A DNA stretch of 64,000 nucleotides from Auanema rhodensis (taxonomy: Eukaryota > Animalia > Nematoda), in NCBI GenBank assembly GCA_964057225.1, contig OZ059897.1, positions 7,006,001-7,070,000 of the forward strand, written 5' to 3'. This document shows, in pieces, positions 12,701 to 29,259 of the stretch (position 1 is its first letter; every line of letters starts with the position of its first letter). A program made the position numbers and the translations under genes. The notes beneath the pieces were generated by a model. The model worked only from the letters and a program-made list of their open reading frames with translations, was not told where the DNA came from and searched no databases.

Positions 12701-15700
12701 GCAACAACGTTAGCTACGTTCAACCTTTTCAGAGTTTCGGACTATGTTCATGCAGGTGAATTAGGAGAACGTCTGGTATTTATCATCCTCGGATACCTTA
12801 AACGCAAAAATATCAGAGAAGATATTTGTGTCAAGCTTTTGGATACCTTAGCTCGCCTTGTTGAAGGAATCAAGAATACTAACGAATTTCTGAGGTTCGT
12901 TATTTTTCTCTTTATATTTTCAAGTTATTTCCTTTCAGAGTTGTTGCTCCTTTGTTCGCTTTGCTGAAGTCGCCATTGGCTCGTCGCTCACTTGTTAAGA
13001 GTTGCAATGCTCTTATTAAAAATAAAAATTTAAATGAAGGAGCGAAGGTAGTTTAAATGAATATTACCATTTTTTTCAATTTCAATCATTTAGGAGTTCT
13101 TTGAAATTTGTATATCTATGGAAAGCTGGGATCCTAAAAAGGTTGATGAGCCAGATTTTGATCGAAGACATGAAGCTTTTAGCCAGTTATTCAAAGTATG
13201 TGGTTTTAAAATTACTTAATCGGATATCTGCCTTTCAGCACTTTGAAAAAACTGATCTTATTGACTTGAAGCTATTAGCTATTATCATGAATATTACTTG
13301 CTTCACCTATTCTACGGTAAACTTTTCTGTAATAGACTTATAACGAACATAGCATTTAGACTGACGATATATCTTTACGTTCAAGTTCTGGATCAGTGTC
13401 TCGAGCCTTAATTGAGCACTTGAGCAAATCCAAGTATGATGAAGTTGAACGAACACAGTTACTTGATAGATGCATAATTCCATTAGTTCTTACTGGATTC
13501 AAAAAGGAACAAGACGTATACTTGAATATCTATTATCTTTTAAGTATTAATATATTTCAGAATGTACGAGAAGAATCTGTTAGATGCCTTGGTGCATTAG
13601 TCAAATGTTTCCAACAACACCAGCAGCTTTCACATTTGGTGCCACTACTGAATGATGATGAAAATTTAGATTTCTTTTATAACATTCATCATATTCAGGT
13701 ATAATCTTGAACGACGTATGTCTCTTCAATATATAAATTCAGATTCATCGCCGACAACGTGCTTTATATCGTCTTGTAGAGCAACTCACAAAAACAAAGG
13801 TATTTTGAATCTTTCTCAGCATTTTCTCAATATTTTTACAGATTTTCTCTATTCCCTATGACATAATGACTCGGTATTTATTACCAATTATTAATCATTA
13901 TCTCTTGAACGTCACAAGTAAAACTTCGGCTTTGTCAGATGAAAGTTTGAACTTGTTAAATGCTATAATGCTGGAAGCACCGTACACCAAATATCTACAA
14001 TATCTTGAAATGTGGCTGTCTCGCTTGAATAAGGAGAATGACGGTGAAAAGCCTTTCATCAGGTATATAGCTATAGCTTCGAATTTTTAAATATTTTATT
14101 AATTTTAGAATTTTGTGTTCTATCATTGATGCTTTTCATTATGAAGTTGCCGAAGAAGGTGAACAAGAAAATGAAGATGGTTCCAATGCAGCAGCTATTC
14201 AATTAAGAGAGGCTGTCACAAAATCTATTATGCCAAAGTTACAACAATGCATCAACGGAAAAGTATATTTTCTGCTCATGATCATCCTTTTTTACATCTT
14301 ATTTAGTCTGAAATGTATCATGTTCATCGTAAGGCCCGTACTCACGAGTCCAAGCAATATGCTGAAGATGAAGATATTCTTCGCGCTCCTGTAGCTTTGG
14401 CTACGGTCAAGCTTCTTCAAAAACTTCCATCTAGTATTTTGGACCAATTCTTACATGGGTATATATTCTCTGAAAACATATAGACTATCTATTCTTTTAT
14501 AGAGTCATTTTGAAACTGTGTTCATTGATGATGTCACGATCCATGAATGTTCGCGAAACTGCTCGTAAGATCACTATTCAAGCTTGTGACTGTCTCGGAC
14601 CAAAGTATTTACCTCCAGTCATTAAGGAAATAAAGCTTATCATGAACAAAGGGTTCCAGGTATGAACCGAAAATTTGCACAATTAGTTTGTGTTTTGTTT
14701 TCAGCTTCATGTTATGGTGTTCACTGTTCATGCTTTGATATATGCAATGCAACAGAGGTTGAAACCTGGGGATTTGGATACATGCATCAATGAAATAATA
14801 GATGTTTGTATCCAGGATCAGTTTGAAAACGTAGCTGAAGAGAAGGAAGTTGGTGCTATTCGTTATGAAGTCAGTGAAGCAAAGACTAATAGAACTCCTG
14901 AAACTTTGCTTCTATTGGGAAAGTATGTCTCTTCTACTGCGATTGGATTAGTTCTTGAAAAGATGCAGTAAGTTCGCAAATTGTGATCAGAAAACGTTTA
15001 TTCATGTTAAAGGAGAATCGTTGATATCAAAACATCGAGTAAAGCAGTTACTCGTGCTGGAGAGCTTTTGAATAAGTTTGCTATGGGAATCAAAGAAAAC
15101 GAAGGAATATCTATCGAAACTCAATTGATTCTTGCTCATCAAGTCCTTCTGGCCAATGTTGTGAAAATGGAGAATGTTGACAAACCTACCGTAACCGAAG
15201 ACAAGCCAGGATTTAGATCTGAGAGTTGTTATATTCTACCTGAGGTAAATAATATTCTAGCCGACTTCAAATATATTTCTGATTTAGGCTCCTAAGCGTG
15301 TTGGTGCTTTATTGAAGACATCAGTAAAAAGTAGAGTTCATATCTTTGTTGAATTTGCTTTGCAACTCTTATCATATATACTCAATGGTATAGTTTTATA
15401 TTACATAATTCACTTCATAATTATCTTTCAGCCAAACGGTTAGATTCTGAGGATCCAGCTGATGTTGCTAAGCTAGATCCTTTTGTTGCAATCATAATTA
15501 GATGTCTGCACTTGAAATACGATAGAGTTGTATCTTTCTCTTTGAAATGTATGACCAGCTTCCTTCAAATGAGCTTACCATCGGCTTTGGAGCATCTTAA
15601 GGATATAACTGATAGGTTAATCCTACATAATTATTTTTAGAATTTATGATATTTTTCAGATTCTTTGTTCTTTTATCTGATTATTCTACCATCGGACATG

Positions 15701-17890
15701 CAGCTAATCGCCATAATATGCTTCAACTTAACATGCTCCTTTTCAAAGTATTTATTTATTTACTTCTTAGAATTACATTCAATGTTACAGGCTTTCACAA
15801 GAATAATTACGATGAGTTCTTCAACGTTCCTGAATAAGAAACATGTAGAACTGTTGCTTAATTATGTCGAAACAGATATTCTTGACAGTCAAAAACAAGC
15901 AACAGCATTTTCCATTATTAAAGCTCTCATAAGGAAAAAAGTTGAGCATACTAGAGTAAGCTTCACGTAACATTTCTCTAATTTTATCTGATTATTTAGA
16001 TCCCCGAGGTTTTGAAAAGATTGTCTGAGATGTCAATAACATCAACTCAACCACATATCAGAACTCAGTGTCGTGAAGTACTTATTCTGTAATCTTTTTT
16101 CTGATTTTATAGTTTTCTAATTAAGGCCATATGTGATTACGTTGGAAATCATCCAAATTCAGGACCACCATCAAATCATTTAGAATTTTTTGCTAATCAG
16201 TTGGATTATGAGTTTGCTGATGGAAGAATATCTGCCGCTGAAACTCTTCACCAATTATTCATTAATCTTCTTCCTGTAAGACATTTCTATATGAATATTT
16301 AATTTTTAAAACTTAATTTTTAGGAAGCTCTTGAAGATAGTTGTATAATTTGTTTAACCAAAATGGGTGTCCGCATTGTTAATGATGAGGTTCCCAAGTG
16401 CAGAAAGTTTGTGGCTGCAGCAATCAGAAAACTGCTTGAATCCGTTAGTGAAAGCATGAGGAAAGATGTTGCCGCTATATGCTTAGAATGGCTGGAACAA
16501 TCCAAGGTTTGTTCAAAATTATAACAGTGATATCTTCTATGAATGAACGTTCATCTTTCAGGAAGCTGCACGATCGGTCGGTTGGGGAATTTTCGTTCAA
16601 TTAAGTTACGTGGAAGGAACCAAGTTTGAAGTTCACCTAGGAAATGTTGTTCGCATTGTTAAGGATATTTTGAGTTCAGAAGATCTTTTCGATAGAAACA
16701 GGTATTTTTCTATTACCTTTTAATCGAAAAGTTTATTTTAATTTTACAGTGAATTAACATTAGTTAACTTGCTGGATGGTTTTAATATTATTCTGCAAAA
16801 CAGTGGAACCGATAATGCAAAAGCTTTAGTTACCACCAAAGAATTCTATCTTTTAATAGGTATACTAAGTTTAAAGAATCATAATAAATTGTGTTAAGGC
16901 CGTCTTGAGCTCTTGTGCACTTGCCCGGAATCAACATTGATTCCCCGTTCTGCTGCTTCTGTCATAGGAATGGCTTTATCACTCTGGGATCAGCCTGTGA
17001 CGGTAAATGCAATCTTTAACCTTAACTGACCATCTGTGCTGTTTTAGTTGCCAGTAGGAGAAGGTATACCAAAACTTTCAACTCTTTCTGATTGGATGTG
17101 TTGGCAATTAAGAGCAAAGAGATTAGACCAAGCCGTGGCTGATCAAGTAGATTGTTTTACTTCTCAATCGTTTCACTTATATATGACTTCAGGCTTCTAA
17201 AAATATTGTATGTCTCTCGTCCTTCCTCGAAGGAGAAGACTTTGATTCAATGATTGAAAGACTCAAGGGAATATGCTTGCATGAGATAAGAAAAAGTCCC
17301 AAAGAGATCATCAAGGTTTGTCATAGCATGGTTTCTTCCTTCTAATTATTTTTTTTCAGAGATCAACATGTTTTAAAGTTGCTGCTGCTCTTGCTTTGCG
17401 TGAAAAAACTGGCGCGAGATTTGAAGTGGTATTTAATGCTTTCTTCTCCTTGATTGTGAGAGAAATGAACAGAAAATCGGCTTTAGGTACGAACACATCG
17501 AGTTTACAAATATTTTTATTGATATTTAGAAACGGATGATTTGTTCAATCTCAGTACTGAAATTGGAGCAGCTTTACAAAGTTTGTTAGGCGAAGTAGAG
17601 TATAATAAGCGTCTTGCTGATACTCAAAAACAATCATTATTGAAAATCGAAGAAAGAAAACGAAAATTGAAGGTTTGAATAAATGCTGATTTCTAAATAA
17701 AATATTCGATTTATTTTAGGAGCTTGCTGTTACAGCTCCAGAAGAAGCCGCTGAGCTAAAGAGAAAGAAGAATCAGAAGAAGGTCTTGAGTAAGAAGAGG
17801 AAGCTCGATGCTCTGAAGCCTTACAGAATAGCTAAACGTAAGCATGCAGAAAGGCAAAAGCTTCAACGTGATGAAGAAGACTATGAGTGA
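739..17890 (+). CDS. utp-20: UTP20 / DRIM, small-subunit processome HEAT-repeat protein, about 57 exons
   Basis: ATG 739, TGA 17888-17890. Exon peptides fit UTP20: YFAEALTKWND, VRRFGAEAFAFLLRK, EHRETVMPVLMR, RRIAIFRYLGG, DFFYNIHHIQIHRRQRALYRL, RAPVALATVKLLQKLP, KGFQLHVMVFTVHAL, QLDYEFADGRISA and a K/R-rich C-terminus. Introns are about 40-60 nt except 3014-3164 and 4930-11851. The frame is continuous across the large intron (CTA GG|gt...ag|G TCG CTA). Confidence 0.9.
4959..9449 (-). CDS. Extracellular leucine-rich-repeat protein, chaoptin-like / LRR-only (lron) class, probably GPI-anchored; nested in the UTP20 intron
   Basis: Signal-peptide-like MNSRFIIYISLVIHLVYP at 9449, an LRRNT-like Cys cap (QCLCVP...HIIC), many LxxLxLxxNxI repeats across the ORFs 8931-5171, an LRRCT (NNPLECDCSLAW...C) and a Ser-rich then hydrophobic C-terminus (SSHSSYLLYFSSLISLALTRYL*) with no cytoplasmic tail. 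The introns checked are short GT-AG and keep frame. Confidence 0.88.
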
Positions 17891-18516
17891 AAATGTTCCT
17901 AGTTGTTTCTCGATCAATGTACCTATTGTTGAGTTTTTTTTATTTTTTTAATTGTTACATACCTTGTTGTTTGTTGTTTTCCAGAGTTGTGTTTTCAAAA
18001 CTTTATAATGTCTTGTTGAAATAGATACTAATAAATAAAAATTATGTCTTCATTTTGTTATAATTGCTATTTCGGTGTCGCACTTTAGTTTTTGCACTAT
18101 GTACTCCTGTACATACATCAAAATTGGCATTTAAATTTCTAAGAATAGGATATGAGGATGTACACTATCTTGATGTTTATACCGTCAGTTTTGATGATGA
18201 GGTAATGATTTATGTACCAACGCAATATGTTTTTGACGTACATAATACTCAGTTATTTTGAAAATACTGTTGACGACGAACGGTTGGTTATTAGCTGTTG
18301 CCAGATTGAGTATATTATTGTCTTTCTCGTTATTGCCATTTATTAATTAAGTGATTAATTGAATCAAATGAATCTTTGCTTAGTTACCAAAGTATTACGC
18401 AATTTAAGAAGATGAAATAAAGTCAGAGGTCATTTTTTTATTCAAACATGAACCTTATGTTTTGAAAATTTTTTTAGTTATTCTTTCTGTGTCTCCATGT
18501 TTTAATAACTAAGAAA

Positions 18517-19749
18517 ATGACAATTGAATCAACTTATGACTGGATTGTTTTATTTTGTGCTATTTCATCAATTTTTCTAAATATATTACTACTATGGTTA
18601 ATTATTGCATTACCTCATGATAACCTGGGTAACTTTCGTCTATTTTTCATTTCTGGTGCAGTTTTGAGTATTTTGTATAGTTTAATACATGGATCATTAG
18701 CACCAGTATGCTTATATTTATATATTCAATTTTTCTGATTTCTTATATTTTTAAGACTTGGCTTCTGAGTGAACGTCTTCTACTGTATTGCTCATTAGGA
18801 GGTTTGTCTCACGAGGCTTGGGCAAAACCATTTTTAGTTTGCTTTATTTGTATTTTTCTTCAAAAAATAATTGTAATAACAGCCAGTTTTGTATATCGTT
18901 TCTTTCTGCTCTTCAAGTAAGTGATGCATCTTTTTATTTTTATATTTTATTGTTCAAATATAGTCCCAATGCATTGCTTGTATTAGCTAAGCCAAGATGG
19001 ATATGTTTCATAATAATCACTGATATTTTGCTTATAACTTCATGGGCATTTGTTTTGAGCCAGTATTGTTGTTCATCAGAAGAAGTATATTATGCTGCTT
19101 CATCAATGTTTTTAAAAACTTTTGGATTTGCCATGGACAAGAAACAAGTATACATAGGTATCCTAAGATCTGTATGCAGCTTGTGACTTCAATGAATTAT
19201 GAAAGACAAATTATTTCAGATGTCTAATGACCAATTTTTGAGATTTGCGATAGTAATTACAGTACTTTTATCTTCTTTATTCATCATGTTAACTATTATT
19301 CTATATTGTATCAAAGCTATATTAGCATCGTTTTGGGGCATTCAGATGAGCACTCGAAACAAGAGACAGCATCGTCAGTTGTTCTGTCTACTGATTCTTC
19401 AGGTAATATTTCGTCATATTCTACGAAGTTGCCAACTAAACATAGTAATTTGAAGTCAGCTAATCCTTTCCTATTTTCTTTTTTACCTACTGCAATTATC
19501 ATAGTTTCGTTTCTTTCGAATGCGGAAATAGGTATGTTTCCCTCATTTTATGTTCAGAATATTTAGCAGAAAAATAATTTATTTGTAGGATATACAGCCA
19601 AAGTAATTTCGTGCCAATATGGCTTCCTTCCTGTTATGAATCCTTTGATTATTATGGGTTTTGTAAGACAATACCGATCATTTATTATGAAATTATTGAT
19701 TCCAAAAGCAATTATTGTGGAAAATACAAAAATGTTCAAAATTAAGTAA
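18517..19749 (+). CDS. Serpentine chemoreceptor GPCR, Str superfamily (Str/Srj-like)
   Basis: Multi-exon hydrophobic 7TM-type protein: LGNFRLF after TM1, FVYRF after TM3, MSTRNKRQHRQLFCLLILQ before TM6, PVMNPLIIMGFVRQYR in TM7. Stop TAA 19747-19749. Confidence 0.8.
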
Positions 19750-21699
19750 AACTTTGTTGAAATATGAAAAATAAATTTATTTAGTTGAATAACACTATAA
19801 CGTCTTAGTTCTGATTTAGAGCTATACTTGATAAAGGAATGAAAGGTTTTTTAAATTGTTTTCTAGTTCATCATCGCATAAGAAGTAGGCTTGTATACAA
19901 TATCTCATGAATGTAGGTTCCAATCACTGAACATGGAAAGGGGTTGGGAATATATCCTATCTGTGTACAAGTTGTCAGTCTTATCATGAAATCAGTAACA
20001 AGCTTATACCAGTTTGATTCCTTGTCTTCATCTATGTAAGGCTATCTTCCAATTGATATTGAAGGATAGACGATTGGTTCGTAACCTATGATATACCCAA
20101 AAACGGAGATGAAGAGATAAAAAGAAATAGGAATCAAGTATAGGAAATAATGCCTGAGGGGCTAGCATGATTTCTTATCATTCGTCTATCCCTGTACATC
20201 TTTTTCTCTCGAGTTCTTTCCCTTTTTTCCACTTTCCAACAAAGAAAAAGACAATTGGGTCAATCGCTCAAACTTTCTCTCTTTGTCTCTCTCTATCTCT
20301 CGTTCTCAATGTTTTTCTCTCACTCCGATGTTATAGAAATAGTAGAGTAAGTGAGGAGAAACAGAATAAAATAGACAGTTCGAAATAGCAATAAGAACTT
20401 AGATGGTAAAGATATGAATTGAAGGTGAAAACGGACCAACAAGTTTCTGCTATGGTCCCAAACATTTTCATTTTTAAATTTTCCGGTTAGGAGTATTTTT
20501 TTTGGTTGTGGATCCTTTTTCTTTGTTAGCCTGTCGTGATTATCAGTATTGTGATTCATTCGGAAGCTCAGACAGCTTGAACTTAGGTAGAGCATGTTGG
20601 CTTTCTCCAAGAGTAAGTGGTGATGATTGCATATCATCTACGGAAATTAAATGTTAGCCTAGCCATAATTTCAATGCAAAACTTATTCCTTTTTGTAAAA
20701 AAACTCGATTATATCTCTGAAATCTGGATCTCTTGGTTTATTATATCAACTAAGTAGGTCGTTTAGAAGTAATCATTAGGCTTTAATAACCTGAAAATCT
20801 TTACCGAGTTCAAGTAGTGATGAATGAAAAACAAAAAGAGATAGAACTTTCCAGGAATAAACCTTTTTCATATTTGATGCTTGGTGAACTGTAGTAGAAT
20901 CAATATCTCGTATCCTTAAAGTGTTATGAAGGTGAAAAAGAGGCTTACGAGATGGAAATATTACAAAATTCCTTCTGGAAGAATGGAAGAATGGAAGGAG
21001 AAACATGTACATACTCACAAAAGCATTCACGAAGGTAATCTACCATTCGATAAAGAACAGTAACCTTAGTTTGGAAGGGAAAAGCAGTATGCTAGTATCC
21101 TATGTCAATGATGATAATGATAATGATAGTGGCGTTGGAACATGTTAACCATCATGTGTACTCGTTCTTGTTAGGCTTCATTGGCGATTAGACAGCAATC
21201 GGAGGACACAGATATCTTCTGTTCTTGACTTCACAATTCCACTACTTGAAGAGAAGACAAGAAAGCTGTCCAGATAAATGGGTAGAAGATTCCCAAAAGC
21301 GATCAACTTCGAAATAGGATCGAGAGTTTTCCGTTAAGCTATAGAATAGGGAAGGAGACAGATTGGGTGAGAGAATGGGAGATTAATGGCGAAAGAGGAG
21401 AGGACCGTGTACTTTGAATGAATACAGTCCAAAATGGTACAGAGGTTGATGGTTAGAGAGAGTGGAAAAGGGTTGGATGAACGGGACATCTCGGAGGGAC
21501 TGCGATTCCAGTTCTTTTTCGCCGCTGTTGGGGCGGACGAGTACAAAAGGAAGGCTTGGTGGGCGGACGCCCCGTATTCTCTTCCTTCGCCCCCCCGTGT
21601 CGTTGTCGTCTATTCGCTTCTCCCAAAGCAAAAGACCCAACTCAGCTTAGCTCGAAGGGTCAGCACGGAGACAGTTTGATAGTCGATAGAGAGAGAAGT

Positions 21700-22866
21700 A
21701 TGGACCAGCAACTCAAGGAGTCCGACGAGCAGCGACAGATGCGACGAATTGCCTTCGTGGCCGTCGTTGTCAGCACCGTCGCCGTCATTGCCAGCGTCGT
21801 CACGCTACCCATGCTCTACAACTATGTTCAGTCCTTCCAGAGCCATCTCATGGTTGAAACAGATTACTGCAAGGTAAGTCTTCAGTTTCTTTTCTGTTAG
21901 CTTTTCTATTAGCTATATGTTAATTGTATTAATGATGTGTGTTTCTAGGCCCGTTCTCGTGATATGTGGCTCGAGATGACTGCTCTTCAAGCCGGAAAGG
22001 GACTCGCTCACCGTCAAAAGAGAGCTTGGCTCTTCGGTCAATGGATCCCAGAGAGTGGAACTGGAGGAGGAGGAGGAGCCGGAGGTACAGATTGGTCAAG
22101 ATCAAAACTATTCTTATCTTAATATTTAAGGAAACTCCGGATATGGTGGATATGGAGCCGCTGTTAACGCTGAACCAGCCCCAATCTGCTGTACTTGCAA
22201 CCAAGGAGCCGCTGGACCACCAGGACCAGAAGGACCACCAGGAAACAACGGAAAGGACGGAAAGAACGGAAAGGACGGAAAGAATGGACGTGATGCCGAG
22301 CTTCTTCCTGCTCCACCAGCAGAGCCATGCGTCATCTGCCCACCAGGACCAACCGGACCAATGGGACCAATGGGACCAAAGGGACCACCAGGACCAAAGG
22401 GAACTCCAGGAGAGCCACCAAAGGACGGAGTACCAGGAGAAGACGGTATGGCTGGACAACCAGGACCAATCGGAAGACCAGGAAGAGACGGAATGAAGGG
22501 AGCTCCAGGAGCTGCCGGACGTCTTATCCCAGTACCAGGACCACAAGGACCACCAGGAAAGCCAGGACCAGCTGGACCACCAGGACCAAAGGGAAATCCT
22601 GGACCAGACGGACAGTCATACCAAGTAAGTTGCTAATTCTTCAATAAATATCTATGATCTTTTTTCTAGGGACCACCTGGACCACCAGGAGATGCAGGAA
22701 ACCCAGGACCAGAAGGACGTCCAGGACCAAACGGACCAAACGGACCACCAGGACAAGATGGAGAGAAGGGAGACTGTTCTCACTGCCCAGGTAATCAAAT
22801 AAATTCACTCTTCCTGTATTTCAACTCACATTATCTTCAGCTCCACGTACTCCACCCGGCTACTAG
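21700..22866 (+). CDS. Nematode cuticle collagen (5 exons)
   Basis: Col_cuticle_N region (RRIAFVAVVVSTVAVIASVVTLPMLYNYVQSFQ...YCKARSRDMW), furin-type site RQKR, CCTC cluster, Gly-X-Y blocks with GGA/CCA codon bias, C-terminal CSHCPAPRTPPGY*. Confidence 0.95.
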
Positions 22867-25362
22867 ATGTCACATCGGTCCACCGTTCGCAACATCTATC
22901 TTTTATAATTTTGCCATTTTTGGAGATGATCGAGCCGCCTTCGTCGACGAGGGTGAATTATTGTCAGACCACGTATTTATTCATAATAAAAACTTTTTTT
23001 GCTCAATCAACCATGTGTCTATCTTATATTTTTGGTGGAAATGATTTTTTTCGTCTTCTCAAAGGAATTTTTTACGCAACCTCGAACTTGCTTTATTTCT
23101 TGTTTTATTGAATTCACGAAATGGCCAAGTTTTGCGTTGGGTAGTATCTTCTCGGTTGGATTTTCATATCGTTTAACTGTTGTCAGAAGTTTGAATGAGA
23201 ATAATCCACAAGAAATTACGACAAACTGCTGATAAACAACGATTTCATTCATTTCCAAATCTTTTATCTTCATTAATGAGAACAAGCCTTAATGCTTTCA
23301 CGGGATACGAAACAGATTTTCCGGAATTTGTTTGAAGGAATGGCGTACAAACGAATTTTCATCAAGTACCTTAAAGAATTTCAGTTTTTTCTCGCCAACC
23401 ATCGAGCTAGTTGTCTGCCAGTTTGTGGTCCATTGTCAACTTCGGAGGCGAATCTTCGAAGAAACTGAGACTGATTTCTCATATCCGACAGCGATGACCA
23501 GATAGCTAAGCGGTTTTTTCACGAAAAGTATTCGGGTGATCAAGCTCGTCATTAGGACATCGGAATGTGTTGAAATCGAATAGTTTGAATAAAGGGGGGA
23601 TTTGAAAATAACTACGGATGAATAGAAAAGAAAGTTATATCATTCTCAATAGTTATAGCACCATTTTGAGAGGAAAGAAGTAAAGTTTTATAACCGTGTA
23701 AGTGAAGCTCGAAAGTTTTCAAACTTTAGCTCAGGAAGGATGAAGTTTTCAAAGGAATAACAACTTTAAATGAAGTAAGTATGATACACAAACATATAAA
23801 AAAATTATTTTTTTCATTTTCATTCTATACAGAATAATATTCTGCTGAACATTTACTTTTCAGATTAATGTTTTTCTTCTCCTTCTACTTCTTATAATAC
23901 TAATAATAGATAGCTATGCAGCATAATTTTATGCTTCACATAAATATCTTAAAACAATTAGAGTACACTCAATGAACAATCTCATTTTTTAGAACTTTGA
24001 ACAATAGGATGCTTACAAACTATTGATTTTAAGGAAAAAAGATATTTATTTTTCCATAAATTCTAAAATTCTCTCGCCTAGTAAAGCATGTGAGTTTTTG
24101 TTTTTTGTTTAGGTTGAAACGTCTTTTACAAATTCAAAACATGATTCTTTCATAAACTGACTACTTAAACAATATTCTGAGAATAGTTTGGTTAATGTTT
24201 GAATATTAGAAAAAAAATTTAATCAATACTACAAAACTATTATATATTATATATGCGAGTAAACTATATGTTATTGTACCTGGGAAGGCCATAAGAATGT
24301 ATTTACTATATTGATATGACTTAGCTCTTATTTGTCATTATAATTAGATGAAAAAACAGCGAGTATAATATTGATTAATGATTTTGCTTTAATTGTTTAG
24401 AATTAAAATAATTTAATGATTGCCCGCCTTTGGCTTCATCTGATTTCAACTGATAGACATTGATGAGACACATCTGCACATCTATGTTCCTCGGATGCTC
24501 AGTTCTTTATTTTATTATTATAATTCTAGATGAGCGGTTGTATATGATAACTTTTCGATTTGTATCGTTTTACAAACAATTCTTTAAGTCTCTTATGATT
24601 GTTTGTCTGTATTTCTTTGTTTATGGATGGTTTACGGAAGTTACATTATATCGTAATATTATATGATAAGAAGAGAATTTGTGTTATTCATCAGCAACCT
24701 CATATAACTGTGACGTCTTTACGCTCACTATTACTGTTAATATCTTCTCACTTGTTGCCGGGAAAATGTCAAACTGCTGGTCTCTCTCAATCGAGAATTC
24801 TTTGCATTACAAATCGTTTTCCTTTTTTGGCACAGCTGCCGGATCTTTCCACTCTGGCTCTTAGCTCGTCAGTTTTCCACTGTTTCTCTTTTACCCCCAG
24901 AGTCTTATTTTGCTACAACTAAGGATATTGATAATGCAAAATTATATTTCAGCAATATTTTCTTTCTCTATTCGCCGTCAGTTCCAATTGACATATTATC
25001 AAATATTTGATTGCTGATCCGTTATGACCTCTTCTATAATCCCGACACCGTTGATGAGTTCTATTCTCCTTTATTAGTTTCTTCCACCCTTGTAGTTATA
25101 TCATATGCCCTATTAGCTATTTAGTAGTTACCTTAGCTTTAATAATCTTATGAGGAAATAGTATAAAGTTTCCGCCATACTTCCTTAACTTCCGTTAGGT
25201 TCAAAGCTAGAGTATAACATGAGCTCAACACTGTCCTTGTTTGAAATTTCCTTCATCAACGAGTCATTCAGTTTGTAATGTTTCTCTTTGTTAAATATTT
25301 AGTTTCTTCATACAACTCGTAAATTAGCATTTTATAGTGAATTAGCCATATTGGAAGTCAGA

Positions 25363-25402
25363 ATGAAGTTCAAGTCCAGAGCACAAGTTACCAGGCCAAA
25401 TG
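25363..25402 (+). CDS. Putative alternative upstream coding exon of the kinesin-13
   Basis: Acceptor TTATAG ending at 25337, ATG 25363, donor G|GTGAGT at 25402/3. Splicing to the TTTTAG acceptor at 25940 gives MKFKSRAQVTRPN-V-EQRAAGQQGPKSLK in frame with the Met at 25985. Confidence 0.45.
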
Positions 25403-25699
25403 GTGAGTTAACAAATATATATACACCGATTTATAATATTCAAAAGAATGGAAAAACAAGACGAAAAAGATAATTTAAGAAATGGATTATTTCTCAACGT
25501 AATATTCTTATGGACAAACTGCAAAACTTATATATATTTTTTTTTTATATTAATTGCACAAATTATGCAGTTATAATAACCATTTTATTAAAAAAGAAAG
25601 TTTTCTTTTGAAAATAACAGAGCCTGCATTTCACAGTCGCTAAGTTCCAAAAATTCTTTAAAGGTCGGTATGTTAAACATGCTCCAGTTGTATGTCCTA

Positions 25700-25707
25700 T
25701 TCGCGCC
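25700..25707 (+). promoter_or_regulatory. E2F/EFL-1 (DREAM)-like site TTCGCGCC upstream of the kinesin-13
   Basis: Exact TTCGCGCC in a locally GC-richer patch about 230 nt upstream of the 25940 acceptor. Motif match only. Confidence 0.35.
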
Positions 25708-25984
25708 CAATTCGATATTTTGAGGGTCTTGTCTTATCCTCCGTTCCACGCATCGATCTCTTGCGGAAACGTCCATATTTCGACATTTTTTAAATTTTAA
25801 GCTTCATCTTTTCTAAAATTTCTCAAACCATTTTGAAAAAAGTATGACATATTGAGCATTTTACCCAGAAAACTATTCTAATCAATAAGAGCTTTGGAGT
25901 ATAGCTGCTGTTTAAATAAATTACTTAAATTAAATTTTAGTTGAGCAACGAGCTGCTGGTCAGCAGGGGCCCAAATCTCTCAAA

Positions 25985-29259
<3,275 letters not shown>

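Noticed and set aside
21929-22647. Long alternative-frame and antisense ORFs over the collagen (205, 176, 106 aa)
   Set aside because: By-products of GGA-CCA-rich Gly-X-Y coding, which lacks stops in other frames.
23100-23580. Moderately GC-rich, coding-like stretch after the collagen
   Set aside because: The frames I translated are interrupted and resemble nothing I recognise; no splice structure. A BLASTX could revisit it.
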